From contig CM119265.1 of assembly GCA_051294375.1 (NCBI GenBank), positions 17,139,172 through 17,203,171 of the forward strand: DNA of 64,000 bases, in the 5' to 3' direction. The stretch's first letter is position 1; each line of letters opens with the position of its first letter. A program made the translations under genes and the position numbers. Source of the DNA: Paraspadella gotoi. Lineage: Eukaryota > Animalia > Chaetognatha. This document shows positions 13,601 through 27,125 of this stretch, piece by piece. The notes beneath the pieces were generated by a model. The model had not been told where the DNA came from and searched no databases. It was given only the letters and a program-made list of their open reading frames with translations.

Positions 13601-16600
13601 AGAAGAAAGAAAAGAGAGTTTTTAAAGGTTCCCGGGGTGCTCAACAATATATTTGATTTATAACTTTCTGATTTTCGTACTGAAACGCTTAATGGCTCCG
13701 ATGGGACTAATAAGAAAAACATGGCGTCGAATATGTCAAAAACGTTTCCCCATGGACGACCAAGAAGTAAGCCAACTACTAGGAAAACATCAAATTTAAA
13801 TTAATTATAAATCAAAACAAGAGACCTATTAAGGAAGCTATGAGATAATTTTAATTCAGAATATAATAATAAGTTGCTAAAGGAATTGACTGTTAATACT
13901 TATTAAGATAATTAAATTTTATATTTCAGGCATTTAATGAATCAAACGATCACTCCTTCTTTTTCAAAGTCTCTGCTCAAGTGAACACAACCAAACTAAA
14001 ATTCAAAAATTCTCTCATTAGGAACGAAAAGCAAAACTCTTAGGTCGACGCAGTTAGCGCTTCCTAATCAGAAGGCAGGCAGTATTCGGAGAAATAAAGA
14101 TACTGTAGTTTGGGAGATTATGTATGCGGAGTCCTCGCGCGATGAAAACGCCGAGGCACAACTTAGGGGAGGGAAGAAATTTTTTTTCCCAGGCGGGGAA
14201 AAAAAAGATGGCTGCCCGAAGACTGGAAGAGCAGGAAGAAATGGGTTCATTACGGCCTATTTTTGATTGTATCTACGAGACGCTTTTTGAGCGAAAAGAG
14301 GTTCCGGATATCAGTAAGAAAAATGTATTTTTGAAAAACTTTTTTTTTTTCTACCTAAGGGCGAAAGAAAAGAATAGAAAAATGTTACAAAAGGAAGAGC
14401 AGAAATAGGAAAGTGAAATACTTACTTATAAAGAAGAAATACAAAGAAAGAAAAGAGAGGGAAGAGGGCGAAAAAAATGAGAAAGCCCTGGTTATGAAAT
14501 ACAGGGGAAAGGCGGTAATAATGCGTCGGTCATGTAACAATATCGTCGAAAATGCGAAGAGAAAAATGAATTCAAAACAGACAACACATGCAGCAAACAA
14601 AGGGAGAAGAGTTTAGGGGCAGCTAAGCGGCGCAGAGTTTTAAATGGGTGAGGAATGAGGATCATATGAATTGTGCCAAAAGCGGAACCGAAAAAAAGGG
14701 TAGTTAAAGTGAAGATAAAATTTAAAATTGGACGTAAGGGTTGTTTCGGTGAGGGACGAAGAGAGGAAGATAAAGAAAAGAGACCGCTCGTTGAGAGAAG
14801 ATATGAAAAAAGGTAGTTGAGAGAAACGCCGAGGGGAAAAAGAGAGACAAAGCGAACCGGAAAAAAGAAATATGAAGGCGGTTGAGGAGCGGAGATCGGG
14901 CGGCGCGGCGGTGGCGGCGGCGGGCGGCGGTGGCGGCGGCTGCGTGGCGGGAAAAGGAAGGCCGGAGAAATGGCAGTTGGTTGCATGGAATCCGTCGGCA
15001 TCGAAGGGAAACGAAAGAGAAAAAACGTGGATGTCTTAATGTCGAAGAAAAGAGAGATCTTTTGATGAGATCAAGAAATGAAAGCGAGCGGCGCGCTCCG
15101 TGCCGATCTCGTCCTTTCTCATCTTCGTAAACATTGAAAGGAAAGTCTGCATCGTAGGTGTTTGATTGTGAAAAATCGAAGCTTTTAAAAATCTTTATTT
15201 CAATTGTAATTAATTATCGAGAAATTTTATATGAGACTTTAAGGTTGCCATTGTAGTTTATGTCTTAATTTTAATTGATTTAAAAATAAACAATTTGTTT
15301 TGTCACGTCCAAGACGGACAGACTGAAGCAAGTTAAATCACGGAAGTCTCAGCAGCAGCAGTGAAAAAAAATCCCCTGACGCGTGTCGTAATCAGGCGTC
15401 GCTGTTTCTCGTTCTTTCTCTCAGCCGTTCAGGATATTATGGAATCCGACCCCCCCCTGTCCGATTATAAAATTTAAAAATTCTCTGCGCATCTAAATTT
15501 TTAAATGAATATAATATTATCGGCGCTCATCTCCTTTGGCTGGAGAATCCGCGAAAGAACGAAGCAGAAGCGTGGCGGCGAACGTGACTGCAACGTGGAC
15601 GAAGAGGCGAGCCGTAGGCGGTGGGAGAATCGGTCTTGGAAGAGGAAATTAAGATTTACCTGTGCGAACGGAAAGTCAACAAGGTTTACGACAAGTATAG
15701 TAACAGCAAGAATAGTACACGTATCAAAGTCAAAGACATACAATGGTTTGAAAATCCAGGGCTAAAAATAGAATCCAAACGTAAACATAAGCCTAGGCTT
15801 ACGAAAAAAGCCCCACAGTAGCCGAAGGGAAGAAAGAAACGAGCGAATTTCTGCGTCGTTTGGATTTATTTTGTTTCACTGGATCTATTTTTAGCCTTCC
15901 CGCCAAAACAGACTCGTTATTGAGGGCGTCCGTTGATAGAAGAAAGGATTGGCGCTGAAATGAACCGACGGAGAAAAACAGTCGAAGTAAAACAATTCTT
16001 TTTTCTCGAGACGAGCAATGTTTTGACTCTCAAGCTTTACAAATGTGAGGAGAATGATTGACGCTAAAAACTTTGCACGAACTCTCACTCATTTCGAAAA
16101 AAAAACTCGTGAATTAAAAAAACATTTTTTCCGAAAGGTTTTGTTTGTAAAGAAAGACGAAATGTTGTAAAAGGCGACGTAATCGACGTGGCCGGGGCCC
16201 TCTCACTATAAACGTAACTATAGCATTTAAAATTAGTCAAAGACAATCTTCATTTACGATATCACAACAAGACGAGCGGGGCATAATTACGTTTTTTCCT
16301 GCAGTTTAACCATTTATTTGTTTTCCTTCTTCTCTCCTTCGTCTCACATTTTGTTGGTGAAGGGAATTTTGCGACCTTCTCATGAATAAAATCCTGGGTT
16401 TTAGCGGTGAGGGATTGCTTGTTTTATGGCAAGCAATACATTGTGATTCTTTGCGTTAGGTTTTGCGTTATTTTCCCGTTTTACTGAGGACGTGTTATTC
16501 GGCTTTTGTTATATTGTTATGATTTTTAGGTTATTTGAACGAGAGGGTTTTTTTTGACCTTTCGTGTTTGAAAGGGCATTATCAGGGAGATAGTAGTTTC

Positions 16601-17976
16601 TAATTTTTTGCTAGAAACTTAGTTTAATGTCGTTGTTTATATTACCTTTTGCTCCTCGTAAAGAATAGTAAAAGGACAAAACGAGACTCTCGCGTGAAAG
16701 ATATTTGGCGATTGAAAGGGTTTAGTGATGAAGTAGAAATCAAACGAGAGTTCAAGAAGTTTCTTGAATTGAAAAGAAGGCGCAGGTCAAGAACCTAACA
16801 AAAACAAGAAAATATTTGGAACAGTGAAAGGAGAAGCAGCACTGCAACCGAATTCTTGAAAAAAACTTTGTCCAAAACCAGGCATAAAGTAGAAAACGTC
16901 CCCACGGCACTTCATTTAGAGGTTAAACGAGGACGATTGGGAAGAGGGGAACGACCCGCCAAACCTTCGCTCGTTCAAAGACAAACGACGACGACGAAGA
17001 ATTTAAAGCGTCATGAAGGTACGTCTGCCTACATTGAACCCATAAAATACCTTATAACGTTTTGAAGGCGAGATAGCCGAAAGACATTTTCGATCCGAAA
17101 CTCGCGGAGAAAAACGGAAAAAGGGGGGAAAAAAAGGAAGAAAAACAATTTGAGCGAAAAACAAGACAAGAGGCGGGAGAATGGAAATTCCGTACACAGG
17201 ACCTCGAACGGACGGACGTTAAACTCGATGTCTCGTGAAATGGTGGAGGCAAATGTCGGCGTCTTGAAGAAATGCCGAAGTTTGGCCGCAAGATTTCGGG
17301 CGATCGGAGATGGAATCTTCTTTGACTCGAGTCTCACATCTCACATCTCGATTTGCAGTCAACCACCTAACGATCAACGATCCTTTACTCAAAAATCAAA
17401 AATCTATTCGTTATCTTTTAACATATTTTTATTTCGTCTCTTGAGCTTCAAACAACTTAATAACGTTGGTTTATCCTGAATACGATTCCCGTTTTGGATT
17501 GAAGTGCAAATTAATCGTGCACGCATAAAAATATTTCTCAGAATAAAAAAAAAATCTTTAAATAGTCGGCAGGATCTCTTTTTAAATATTATTCAGAAAC
17601 GCCAAATACAGCCTCTCAATACACAAAATAGATGAACCGAATAATAAAAAAAAAAAATGAAGTAACAACACATATATTTCTTACAATCTGTTTTCCCGGA
17701 TTAAGTAATAAACGAGGAAGTCCAGTCAAGTCCGGTAAATACAAACGAGATTGCCGTCATCAAAGTAACTTGCCAAGCAATCTGTCCCGACCCCGCGCGG
17801 AGCCTCGGAGCGAAAGGCAATAAACAACGACGAGAAATGGAATTTATTTCCTCGGGATTTTGTCTCGGGAAGAAAAAAAAAAGTGAAATATTTGACCGAG
17901 AGCGAACATTAGCGAGGGCATCGAAATGGATCCTCTTTGTGACGTTTCGATCCCATTTTCACGTCTCTGTCTTTAA

Positions 17977-18213
17977 AGCCCTCGGCAAGGATTTTTCATA
18001 CTATTTGCGGTTTCGGAACTCTCCCGCCTCCACATCTCTCTCTCATCTCCTCTCTCGTCGTCTCTCTCTCCTTCTTCTCTTCTCTCGGAATCTCTCTATC
18101 GGATCTCGATCTCCGTTCTCTTCTCGCTCTCTCTCCAGAACTACGAGACATCCGATCTCTCGCTTCTCTCATGTTCGACTCTCGTCTCCATCTTCAATCC
18201 GTCACTCCTCTCA

Positions 18214-18249
<36 letters not shown>

Positions 18250-19152
18250 CGCGAAACAAGTGCAATGGAGCAGGAGGCACGGATTTAAAAGGAGCGGCAG
18301 CGCGGTGAATCTAAGTCTGGTTTATTAAATCCCTCTTTCTTTCTCTTAAACAGACTTCAATGGAAGGTATTAACGGTCAGGTCACTGTCTATGGCCCTCC
18401 GTGAAAAATTAATTTCACGATTTCAATGAGCACTCTCGTTCGTCTTCTCCTCTTTTCTTCTATTCTCTCTCCTTCATTTCCCTGTCAATTCTCAGTTCTT
18501 CCCTCACTCTCATCAGAGCATCGATCGATCTCATCTCTCTCTCAGGATCCTCATCCTCCTCAGCCACCTCGATGTCTCACAGGTCCTCATCTCTCTCGCC
18601 CTCACCAATCCATTGCTCTCGTCCCGCATCTCTCATCTCATCTTCTCTCTACCTCCTCGTATTTCTCTTTCCGCCTCATTTATCCTTGGTCCGCTTATTG
18701 CTTTTTTCTGCTTACTGAAATTATTTCTTTTCTTCTTTCATGGAACATTTTCTTTGTCGTTCTTTTTCAATTTTTTAATCTTTTTAACAACATCACTTTG
18801 ATTTTTTGTTTTTTAAAGCTCTGTGAAAAAAAAAATAGTTTCAGAGAACGAAGGAACCTACTTATTTTTCATTTCTTTTGGCTGTTTTTTCTTTCTCTCT
18901 TCTCTCTCTGTCTCTTCCTGTCTCTCTCTTCTCTCTCCCTCTCTCTCCTCCTCTCTCCCCTCTCTCTCTCCGCTCCTATCCTCTCTCTCTCGATCTCCCT
19001 CCTCCGTCTCTCGTCTGTCTCTCTTCTTTTCCTCCCTCCTTCTTTCTTTCGCTTTGGCTTTGTTGAAAAAATCTGTTAGGAGAAATTTTTTCTGTAACCA
19101 TCGTCCTCGCTCTTTCTCTCCTTCGGGTCTCTCGCAACTTCTCTATCTTCTA
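17977..19152 (+). repeat. Noisy copy of the repeat arm (inverted relative to 1500-2226); its end is repeated after the gap
   Basis: Collinear with the reverse complement of ~1500-2226. ~18800-19150 reappears directly at 19178-~19430. Confidence 0.85.
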
Positions 19153-19177
19153 NNNNNNNNNNNNNNNNNNNNNNNNN
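19153..19177. other. Assembly gap (25 N) with overlapping flanks
   Basis: 25 N, with the same sequence (ttttaaagct..gaaaaaatagt..cctacttatttttcatt) on both sides. Confidence 0.99.
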
Positions 19178-19294
19178 CTTTTTTTTGTTTTTAAAGCTTG
19201 TGAAAAAATAGTTCAGAAACAAGAAACCTACTTATTTTTTCATTTCTTTTGGCTGTTTTTTCTTTCTCTTCTCTGTCTCTGTCTCTGCTCTTAC

Positions 19295-19334
<40 letters not shown>

Positions 19335-20687
19335 CTCCTTCTTCTTTCCTTTGGCTTTGTTGAAAAAATCTAGTTAGGAGAAATTTCTGTAACCATCTCT
19401 CTCTTCTCTCTTCGCTCTCTCTTCTCTACCTCTACACGTCTCATTTTCCTAAATTTACATGGCACGGCTTGACTCTGTCTCCCTGTCTTGACTCAATCAT
19501 GACCCAAACTAAGCCCCCAGGCGCCGCTTTGGATTCTTTCTTTGGCTCAATTCTTGAAATCTCTCCACTTTTCAACTACATCGTCACGAGCCCCCACGTC
19601 TTTTGTTTTCCTTTCAATCCTGACATCTACTTTTAGAGTTTAAAGTAATTTACTTCCGAAAGTAATTTTTCAACGAATGTAATTATTAAATAGTTTACTT
19701 CGAAGCAACAGTCGAACACTGTATTCTTTACATCTTTCAGAAAATCACCGGTTCATCGTTCAAATCTGAACGAAACAACGATTTCAATATTAAACTTTTT
19801 TCTCCCCCCCAAGCATTGCCCTCAACTTTGGATTAAACTTAACTTTCTCGTGGGCTGTTTGTGAACTTGAGTAATAATTTATGCAAATAAATTTCCTCCC
19901 ATGTTTTCACGATAGCAAGTTCTGATTTATTTTTCTTTTTTGTTTGGGGGGGGGCGTGGGCGATTTAAGATCGTTTCTGCCAAACTCACAGTTTTTTCTT
20001 CAAATCTGGTGCCAAGTATTCTCGTCAGAAATTATTACCCAATTTTCTAAGAGATTTGTTTACAAAGTATACAACGTTTCTAAACAATAGAATCAGTCTA
20101 TTCTCCTCTACGTACAAAGGCACTCCCGACATTTCTCTCCTTTAATCTATTTTTTCAATCCTGGCCTCTGCGTGGATTCGACCTTTCTCCCATTCTCGCT
20201 CGCAAACTTTCCTTTTTTTTTCCCTTTTTCTGACCGTCTCATTATTTCAATTCTTTTTTTTTTTTCATTATTTCTTTTCCTCCCTCCTTTTTTCTTTCTC
20301 CTTCTTTTCTCGGAATCAAACGATAACATTTTTTCTTGGTTCCACGCTGCACTAAATGGAAATGAGCCGCGTCGGCAGTGCTCGGCAAAGGGAGTCGTAG
20401 CGCGTCGGCAGAAAAGAAGAGCTAAAAGCCAACATTTTCTCAAAGTGGACAAAGAAAATGGGGAGAAAGGAAGCGGAATGTACGTCGACAGCGTCGATAT
20501 CTACGTCGGCAGTTGGCGACGGCAGTTGATTCGGCTGCTGTCGGCATATTCACCAAAATCTGCTGTCGAACAGCCACGTTGAATGACGAAAGGACAAGGA
20601 CGAGAGGTCGAAAATGGCCCTGTCGAAGTAGGGCGCGAATCAAAAGTGGGAAAATAAGGAGGAAAGAGAGAGAGAGAGAGGAGAGAT

Positions 20688-20748
<61 letters not shown>

Positions 20749-23700
20749 TCGACCGCGGTTTATTTTCGCAAAATGGAAAATAAGAGACAAAGCGACGAAT
20801 TCGGCGCCACAGTTTGGGTTGTAAAGCGACGGACCGGTTAACAATGGCCGTTCTCTACGATGAAGAGAGAGAGAGAGAGGATGATGTAGTGAGTGGAAAG
20901 TAGGAGTAGAGAGAGAGAGAGGAAAGATGAAAAGAGAAGAGAGAGAGAGAGAGAGAGGAGAGAGACAGAACCATGGGCGTGAATGGACCCAGAGAGAAAG
21001 TCTCGGGTAGGAGTGAATGACCGGGTCGCGTGTCGGAAGACTCGAAAGAAGACCACTCCTTCCCACACTTAGTTAATCATTATTGAAATAAAAGTACATC
21101 TATTTCGCGCATATTTCCATGGGCGTTCATTTTAACGCCGTAATCTCGTTATTCATCACCAATATGGATGGAGTAGAGAGAGAGAGAGAAGAGAGAGAGG
21201 AGAGAGAGAGAGAGAGAGAGAGATGAGAGAGAGAGGAGAGAGAGAGAGAGATTATTTCATAGACTGGATGAATTGAGTTGGCTCCATAGAAAGAAAAAAA
21301 TCCTTTAGTTTTTTTCTCATTTGCATTAGTAGATAACTATACATAGGAGATATATCGTCACCGTATTGAAAAAATTATCCTTTTTTATTAAATTTCATTT
21401 GTAAACAGTTGAAGCTTTTTTAATAACTATGTATAAATGTTAAAAAATACCTTAAAACGACACTGTGTCCATAAAATAAGGCTTAATTGAAATTATAAAA
21501 TTATACCGATAACAACGATAAAACAATATATATATATATATATATAATAAATAAAATAAATGAAATATACGGAAAGACGAAAAAAAGGAAACGAAAGTGG
21601 AGGGGATAGATAATCTGTGTGGAAGTTTAGCGCGAAAAGAGATCAAGACTACAAGAGTAGAGAGGATATTGAAGGATGAGAAGTGAGATTCGAAAAAGCT
21701 TCGACGGATTTAAAGGATTCTGAGTTGAGTAGTGAAAAATTTAGCGACAGGTGGGGTGCGCGGACCGGCTGGGCTGAGGGGGTAGGGGCGAGTGTGGACG
21801 AGCCTCTCGATCGCCGCGGCCTCGAAACTTTGGTCAACTTTTAATGCGACGAATCGGTATGGGCGTTTAGGAGGGGGCCACGGTTGGAGAGAGAAGCCGC
21901 ATTCGAAAAATATGAGAGCATAAGAACGATGAGAGAGAGAGAGAGAGCAGTAGAGAGTGTGTGTGGAGATAGAGAGAGAGAGAAGGTTTATTATAAGTAA
22001 AATAAACGAAATTTACATTGTTTAAAAAATATTGCGAAAAAAAAAAAACCGTTTAAAAGAAAATTAGCCAATGTTAATGGTCAATTGGCTCTGGCCGATT
22101 CGCCATTTCCAAATAAAATTTCGAATAATATCAGCACTTTCCCGAATTATTGTTCATAAAGGGCAATGCGGAAAGGAGCTCAACAAAGGTTGCGTTGAGA
22201 AAGAGTTATGGATAAAGAGATCACAAGGAGGTGGGTTTAGAGGGCAGAACGAGGTAATGCGAAAGGTGTAAAAAAGGACGTAAAGAAGATGGCGCGCAAA
22301 AACGTCCGATGAAACGAGGAAGCGATATTAAAAGAAACAGAAGCGATGGTGAGCGAGGTCGTCATGAGCGACATCTGAGAAATGAAGGCCGGGCGGCGGA
22401 TAATAAAGAAAAATGGCGGCCGCACTTACCTCTCGAGCTACAAAGACTCTCACTTTTCAATTCGCTTTTCTAAATTCTTTTTTTTTTTCCTCCTGACGGC
22501 GGAGAGACGTAAATGATGTAAATGGATTTTCTTAAAAGGCGTCAACTTTTAGGGGTCAGGGATCGGCGGAGGAAGCGCCGGCCGGTTCCCGCCTTTTATT
22601 TTTCCCGCCTTTTATTTTTTCTTCTTATGGTTTTTGTATTTTCGGTTTTTGTTTAGTTTTTTTGTTTATTTTCTTTTTTTTTTGTCTCGAAAAATGACGC
22701 AATTTTTTTTTTTTTTTTTTGTGAGAGCGGAACTTAACGCTTTTTTTTCTCGGCGGAAAAAAGCAATTCAGTCAGCCTAAAATTTGGAATTAAAATTAAA
22801 CTTCAAATTTTTTTTTTTTTAGAAGTTTTAAAAGCAGAAATTTTTAGGAACTGAAAAAAAATGTTGAGTTTTCTCTGAAAAGACTTTATATATGATTTTT
22901 TTAACTCTGCGACCAAAAAGACTAGGCCTTGGAGAAAAGTAAACTGACGAATATAAAAACTCGGTCCGGTGGAAACAATGGTAATAATGCCCTTTCATTA
23001 TATGGTTTTCTTTATTATAAGTTAATCGTTGTCATCGTTTCACTATATGGGTTTTTCTTATTTAAAAATAATGCTTTTATTATTTACGGATGCCAGTCCT
23101 TTCTTTATTTGCGGAGAAGCCCGCGACCGGATCGTTCGCTTGGCCCCTGCCACAAGCAGTCGCAAAGTGCTAGGTGACCCAAAGAGCATCTCCCCACCCC
23201 CCAGCAATAGACCCACCCGTTCGAGTTGCGCCCCGGGCATAAGCGCCCACTCGCCCCCAACGAAAATTTCCATCTCTATTTTACGTTTATCTCACGACGT
23301 ATTACGTATGGCATTTTTCATTCATGCGTAGCGTTGTCGTCGGTCGTCGTCGTCGTCGTCTTAGTAACGGTAGGTTGCCATTATACAGGTGAAAAAAGAG
23401 ACGCATAAAATTATAAACGAATGAGAAGTAATTATTTCCTTTTTTTTTTAATTAAAGGAAAAAAAAAAACAATCGGCAAAAATGCAGAAGTAAATTTAGT
23501 GCAGGAATAACACGAAAACACGTAACACGAAATAAATTTATTTTATAAATTTAAATTTTAAAACATTTGTACCGTCGAACGCCAATGTCAAATGAATGAT
23601 ATAAAGAGTAAAATCTTATAAATGATAAATTTTCCGCCGTAATTGTAATTTTTGCAAGAAGGAAACAAAAATGATGCAAACCGAAAGGAGACTCTGACGC

Positions 23701-23964
23701 TAAGATGAAACGCTGAGAGACGAACTCTAGCGACGTCCAATCCTGGAGAACGACGTCCGCGACGACGACGTCGACGCACGAAAACGACGACATTAAAAAA
23801 CAACGACGAGAGAGACGACCTCGCGACGAACCGCGATCCTTTACTTCTTTTAACGACGACGACGACGACGACGGACGACGACGACGTTAGCGATGGAGAC
23901 GACTCAGACTACAGCGTCCGGTTTTGGAAACGGCGAAATGACTCTTTCGCGCGCGCCTCGCGCG

Positions 23965-24003
<39 letters not shown>

Positions 24004-24015
24004 TGAGAGAGATGA

Positions 24016-24058
<43 letters not shown>

Positions 24059-27000
24059 TTGGCGTTATTATGGGATTCGACGCTGAGTAGGCTCAAAACA
24101 TGGAGGCATTGCTTTATGGTGTAGGAAAATGGTGTCTCGCTTTGCAATATTTTTTTAATCTCCAGCATTGTTATTATAAAATTATGCATGAAAATTTTGG
24201 ATTTTTGAGTTTTTTTAGTCGCTTCATTCTCATGCTCTCTTTCTATGAAGTAAAAAAAAAAGGTATTCGGTAAGAATTAAACAATCAAAATTCTTTTGTT
24301 TGTTTTTCGAATTTCTTTTTGAAATACAGCGCGAGTCTGTTTAATTATCAAAGCGGCCATTTTTTTTAAACGTTGCATTGTTCGCAAAATGACCGAGGGA
24401 GGTTGCTTGACTCATCACTCAGAACCTGCTTAGGCGTTAACTTCCCACGTTCGGGGACTGACGGCAATTGCACTGCATAACTTCCTGCAGTATAGGTGAA
24501 TATGGTTTAAATATCTCGCTCTTTGATCTTTCATATGATACAGCAACTAGGCTTTATGTTCTAAAAACCTTTTTTCGTAGCATCATCACCAACCTTCACT
24601 GTACGGTTTAATTTTGAAGTGCGTGCTTCACTCTTTTTTTCATAAAGCAGCTCTTTTCATTTCATAATTTGGTTTTCGCCTTGTCCGTTCCTTTGTTGCC
24701 AGAAATTTAAAAAAAAAAAGTGAAGAAAAGCATCAAAACAAAAGGAGAATAAAAATAATTAACTATTTCATATAAATTTTCGACGGCGATGCTTCGTTGC
24801 CAAGGAGACGGAGATGCCGCGTCGTTCTTTCAAACGTCGATGATTCTGCATATTGCCAACGATCTTTTTACGAACCGTTTTTTTTTTTCCGTTTACAGGG
24901 ACTTTACGCTCAAAGAACAATTTTTTAAAAATTTTAGTTTTAATTTCGTGGATTTCGGATAAGGAGCTATCTCGTCAAGTTATAAAATTAAAATTTTAGG
25001 TTACCTTTTTTAAAAAAACGGTCGCAGATGTAAATTTTCTCACGGACCACTAACGATATTTACCTTTATTTCATCGTGTTCCTCTTTCTTAAACATGAAA
25101 TTTCTTTGTTAAAATCTGAAATAAGGATTTTTCTCGATTTTCGCCGAAAAAATTTGTTACAGATTCAAGGCAAGGAGTTTGGACCTATTTTTAAAGGGGA
25201 GCTCCATCTTTTTTTTTTTATCGCCCGTCTGCTTTCCTTAGCCGAGTCTCAAATCCAATCTTTTGCGTCAAATCAGAAAATAAACATGGAAAGTAAATCG
25301 CAGGAGGCAGCGAGGAAGAGAGAGAGAGATGATTGGAGAGGAGAGAGAGATGAGATGAGAGACGAGAAGCAGAGAGAGATGATGAATGAGAGAAGAGAGA
25401 GAGAGATGAGACGTGAGGAGAGAGAGAGAGAGAGAGAGATGAGAGCAAAGAACGCAAGCTTCTATTTCCCCCATTTTCCCAAGCGCTCAAACCACGTAAT
25501 CTTTTTCTATGCGGTACCATAAATTTCTAATTTTTCTCCCAACAATTAGATTGTTCATCGGGCCTGAATTAAAGGTCTCTGCCTGTCGCCCTCTGTGTAG
25601 AAACACTAAAAAAAACAACTCCCCGTTTTTTTGGTTTTTTTTTGTACTTGCATGGTCCTGGTTTTTATTAGCGCACAACGACCGAAAAAATGGAAAATAA
25701 GAAATTATAAAATATGAAAATTTGATACAACCAATAATAATAATATATAATTCGCTTGTTTAGTAAATACCGAAACAAGAAGTCTGCGCAGCCTTCGCCA
25801 AAAAAAAAACAAAAATCATTCCCTTCCTTCGCTTTATGGATGACCATTCAAATACCGGTCGAACCCGAAACTTATATTTTATATCAGACTTGGGCGACGG
25901 TAAGCGTGTCCGCTGTGCAGGGAGGCGTTGGCAATGCGGAATGCTTGCCGACGGCTCGGCGGCGATCGGCGGCGGCGGCGGCGGCGGACGCGCAGGGAGC
26001 GAAACGGCCCCGTGATTGTCAGTCAGGGCTGCGGGCCAGTGCGTGATGGGCGGAAGGAAAAGAAAGGGGCAGTCGGAAGACGATGGATGATAGATAGAGT
26101 CTCTAGTGTCGGAGCGCCGACGTGCGAAGGCTATATTTACTTGGATAGTAGAAAATAAGTAATTCAAGTCGTGACCCTTTTTAGGAGCATCTATCGTCGG
26201 TCCCGTATTTTTCCGCTCTAAGGGTCGTGCGCAGGCTTCTAATAAATGAATAGAAAAAAAAAAAAGCCTCCATTGCGGCGTGACTCAGAGATTTCAGATT
26301 GTCCGGGGACAATTCGAGCCAATGACCCGCAACCTCAATATTTTGCGGCCTCTCCCGTCACCCGAGAGGCCGCCTCGGATCCCGCCGTTCACCCCTGTGA
26401 CCTCGAAAGTTCGAAAACGTAATAGCGTCGCGGGATTTTGATTGATTTCTCTGACTCGTCGTCGTCGTACGTCGTCGTTCGTCGTCGTCGGTCGTTGTTC
26501 TCGAAATCGCTAGGGCGCCGTTTGCAGACGAACAGAGCGCGAAAATGTTTTAATACTAGTCGCGCTCAAGACATTCATTTACGTTATTACATTATGTATC
26601 TCACTCGAATATTAAGATTTCGTAGCGGCTCTCCGATAAATACATCAGTTTCGAGTCATAGATAATTTCACCAATTTAAAATTATTCAATCGTTCAGCAT
26701 AAGGAGATTAGAGTACGTATGCGAGCTATGAGTACATGACTATGTAAAAATTAAAAATTAAAAAAGGATGTAAAACAATAAAAATTTATTTTGTGACTTT
26801 AATTTATTGCAAACAAAACGTGAAAAACATTTTTCATGAAAAAAAAAATCAATCTAAAAGAAAGAAATTTAAAAAATTTTAAATTAATTTTAGTAACATC
26901 GATAGGAGATTATTATGTTTTTAAAAATATAAACAACAAAAACAAAACTTTAGTATTATTTTTTCTTCTTTTGGGGAAAATGGAAAATCTTTCAAAAAAT

Positions 27001-27125
27001 TTAAATTTGTTATTTATTAATATTCTATTTTCTGAAGGCAGGTTTAAAGACCACAATGAAACTACATCAAACAATTTTCATAGAGTTTTACCTATGAATA
27101 GAGTTCAAAAAAAAAACAAAAAGTA

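Noticed and set aside
2252-17976. Maverick/Polinton or endogenous virus between the inverted arms
   Set aside because: No polB, integrase, ATPase or capsid motifs were visible, and the islands look spliced and host-like.
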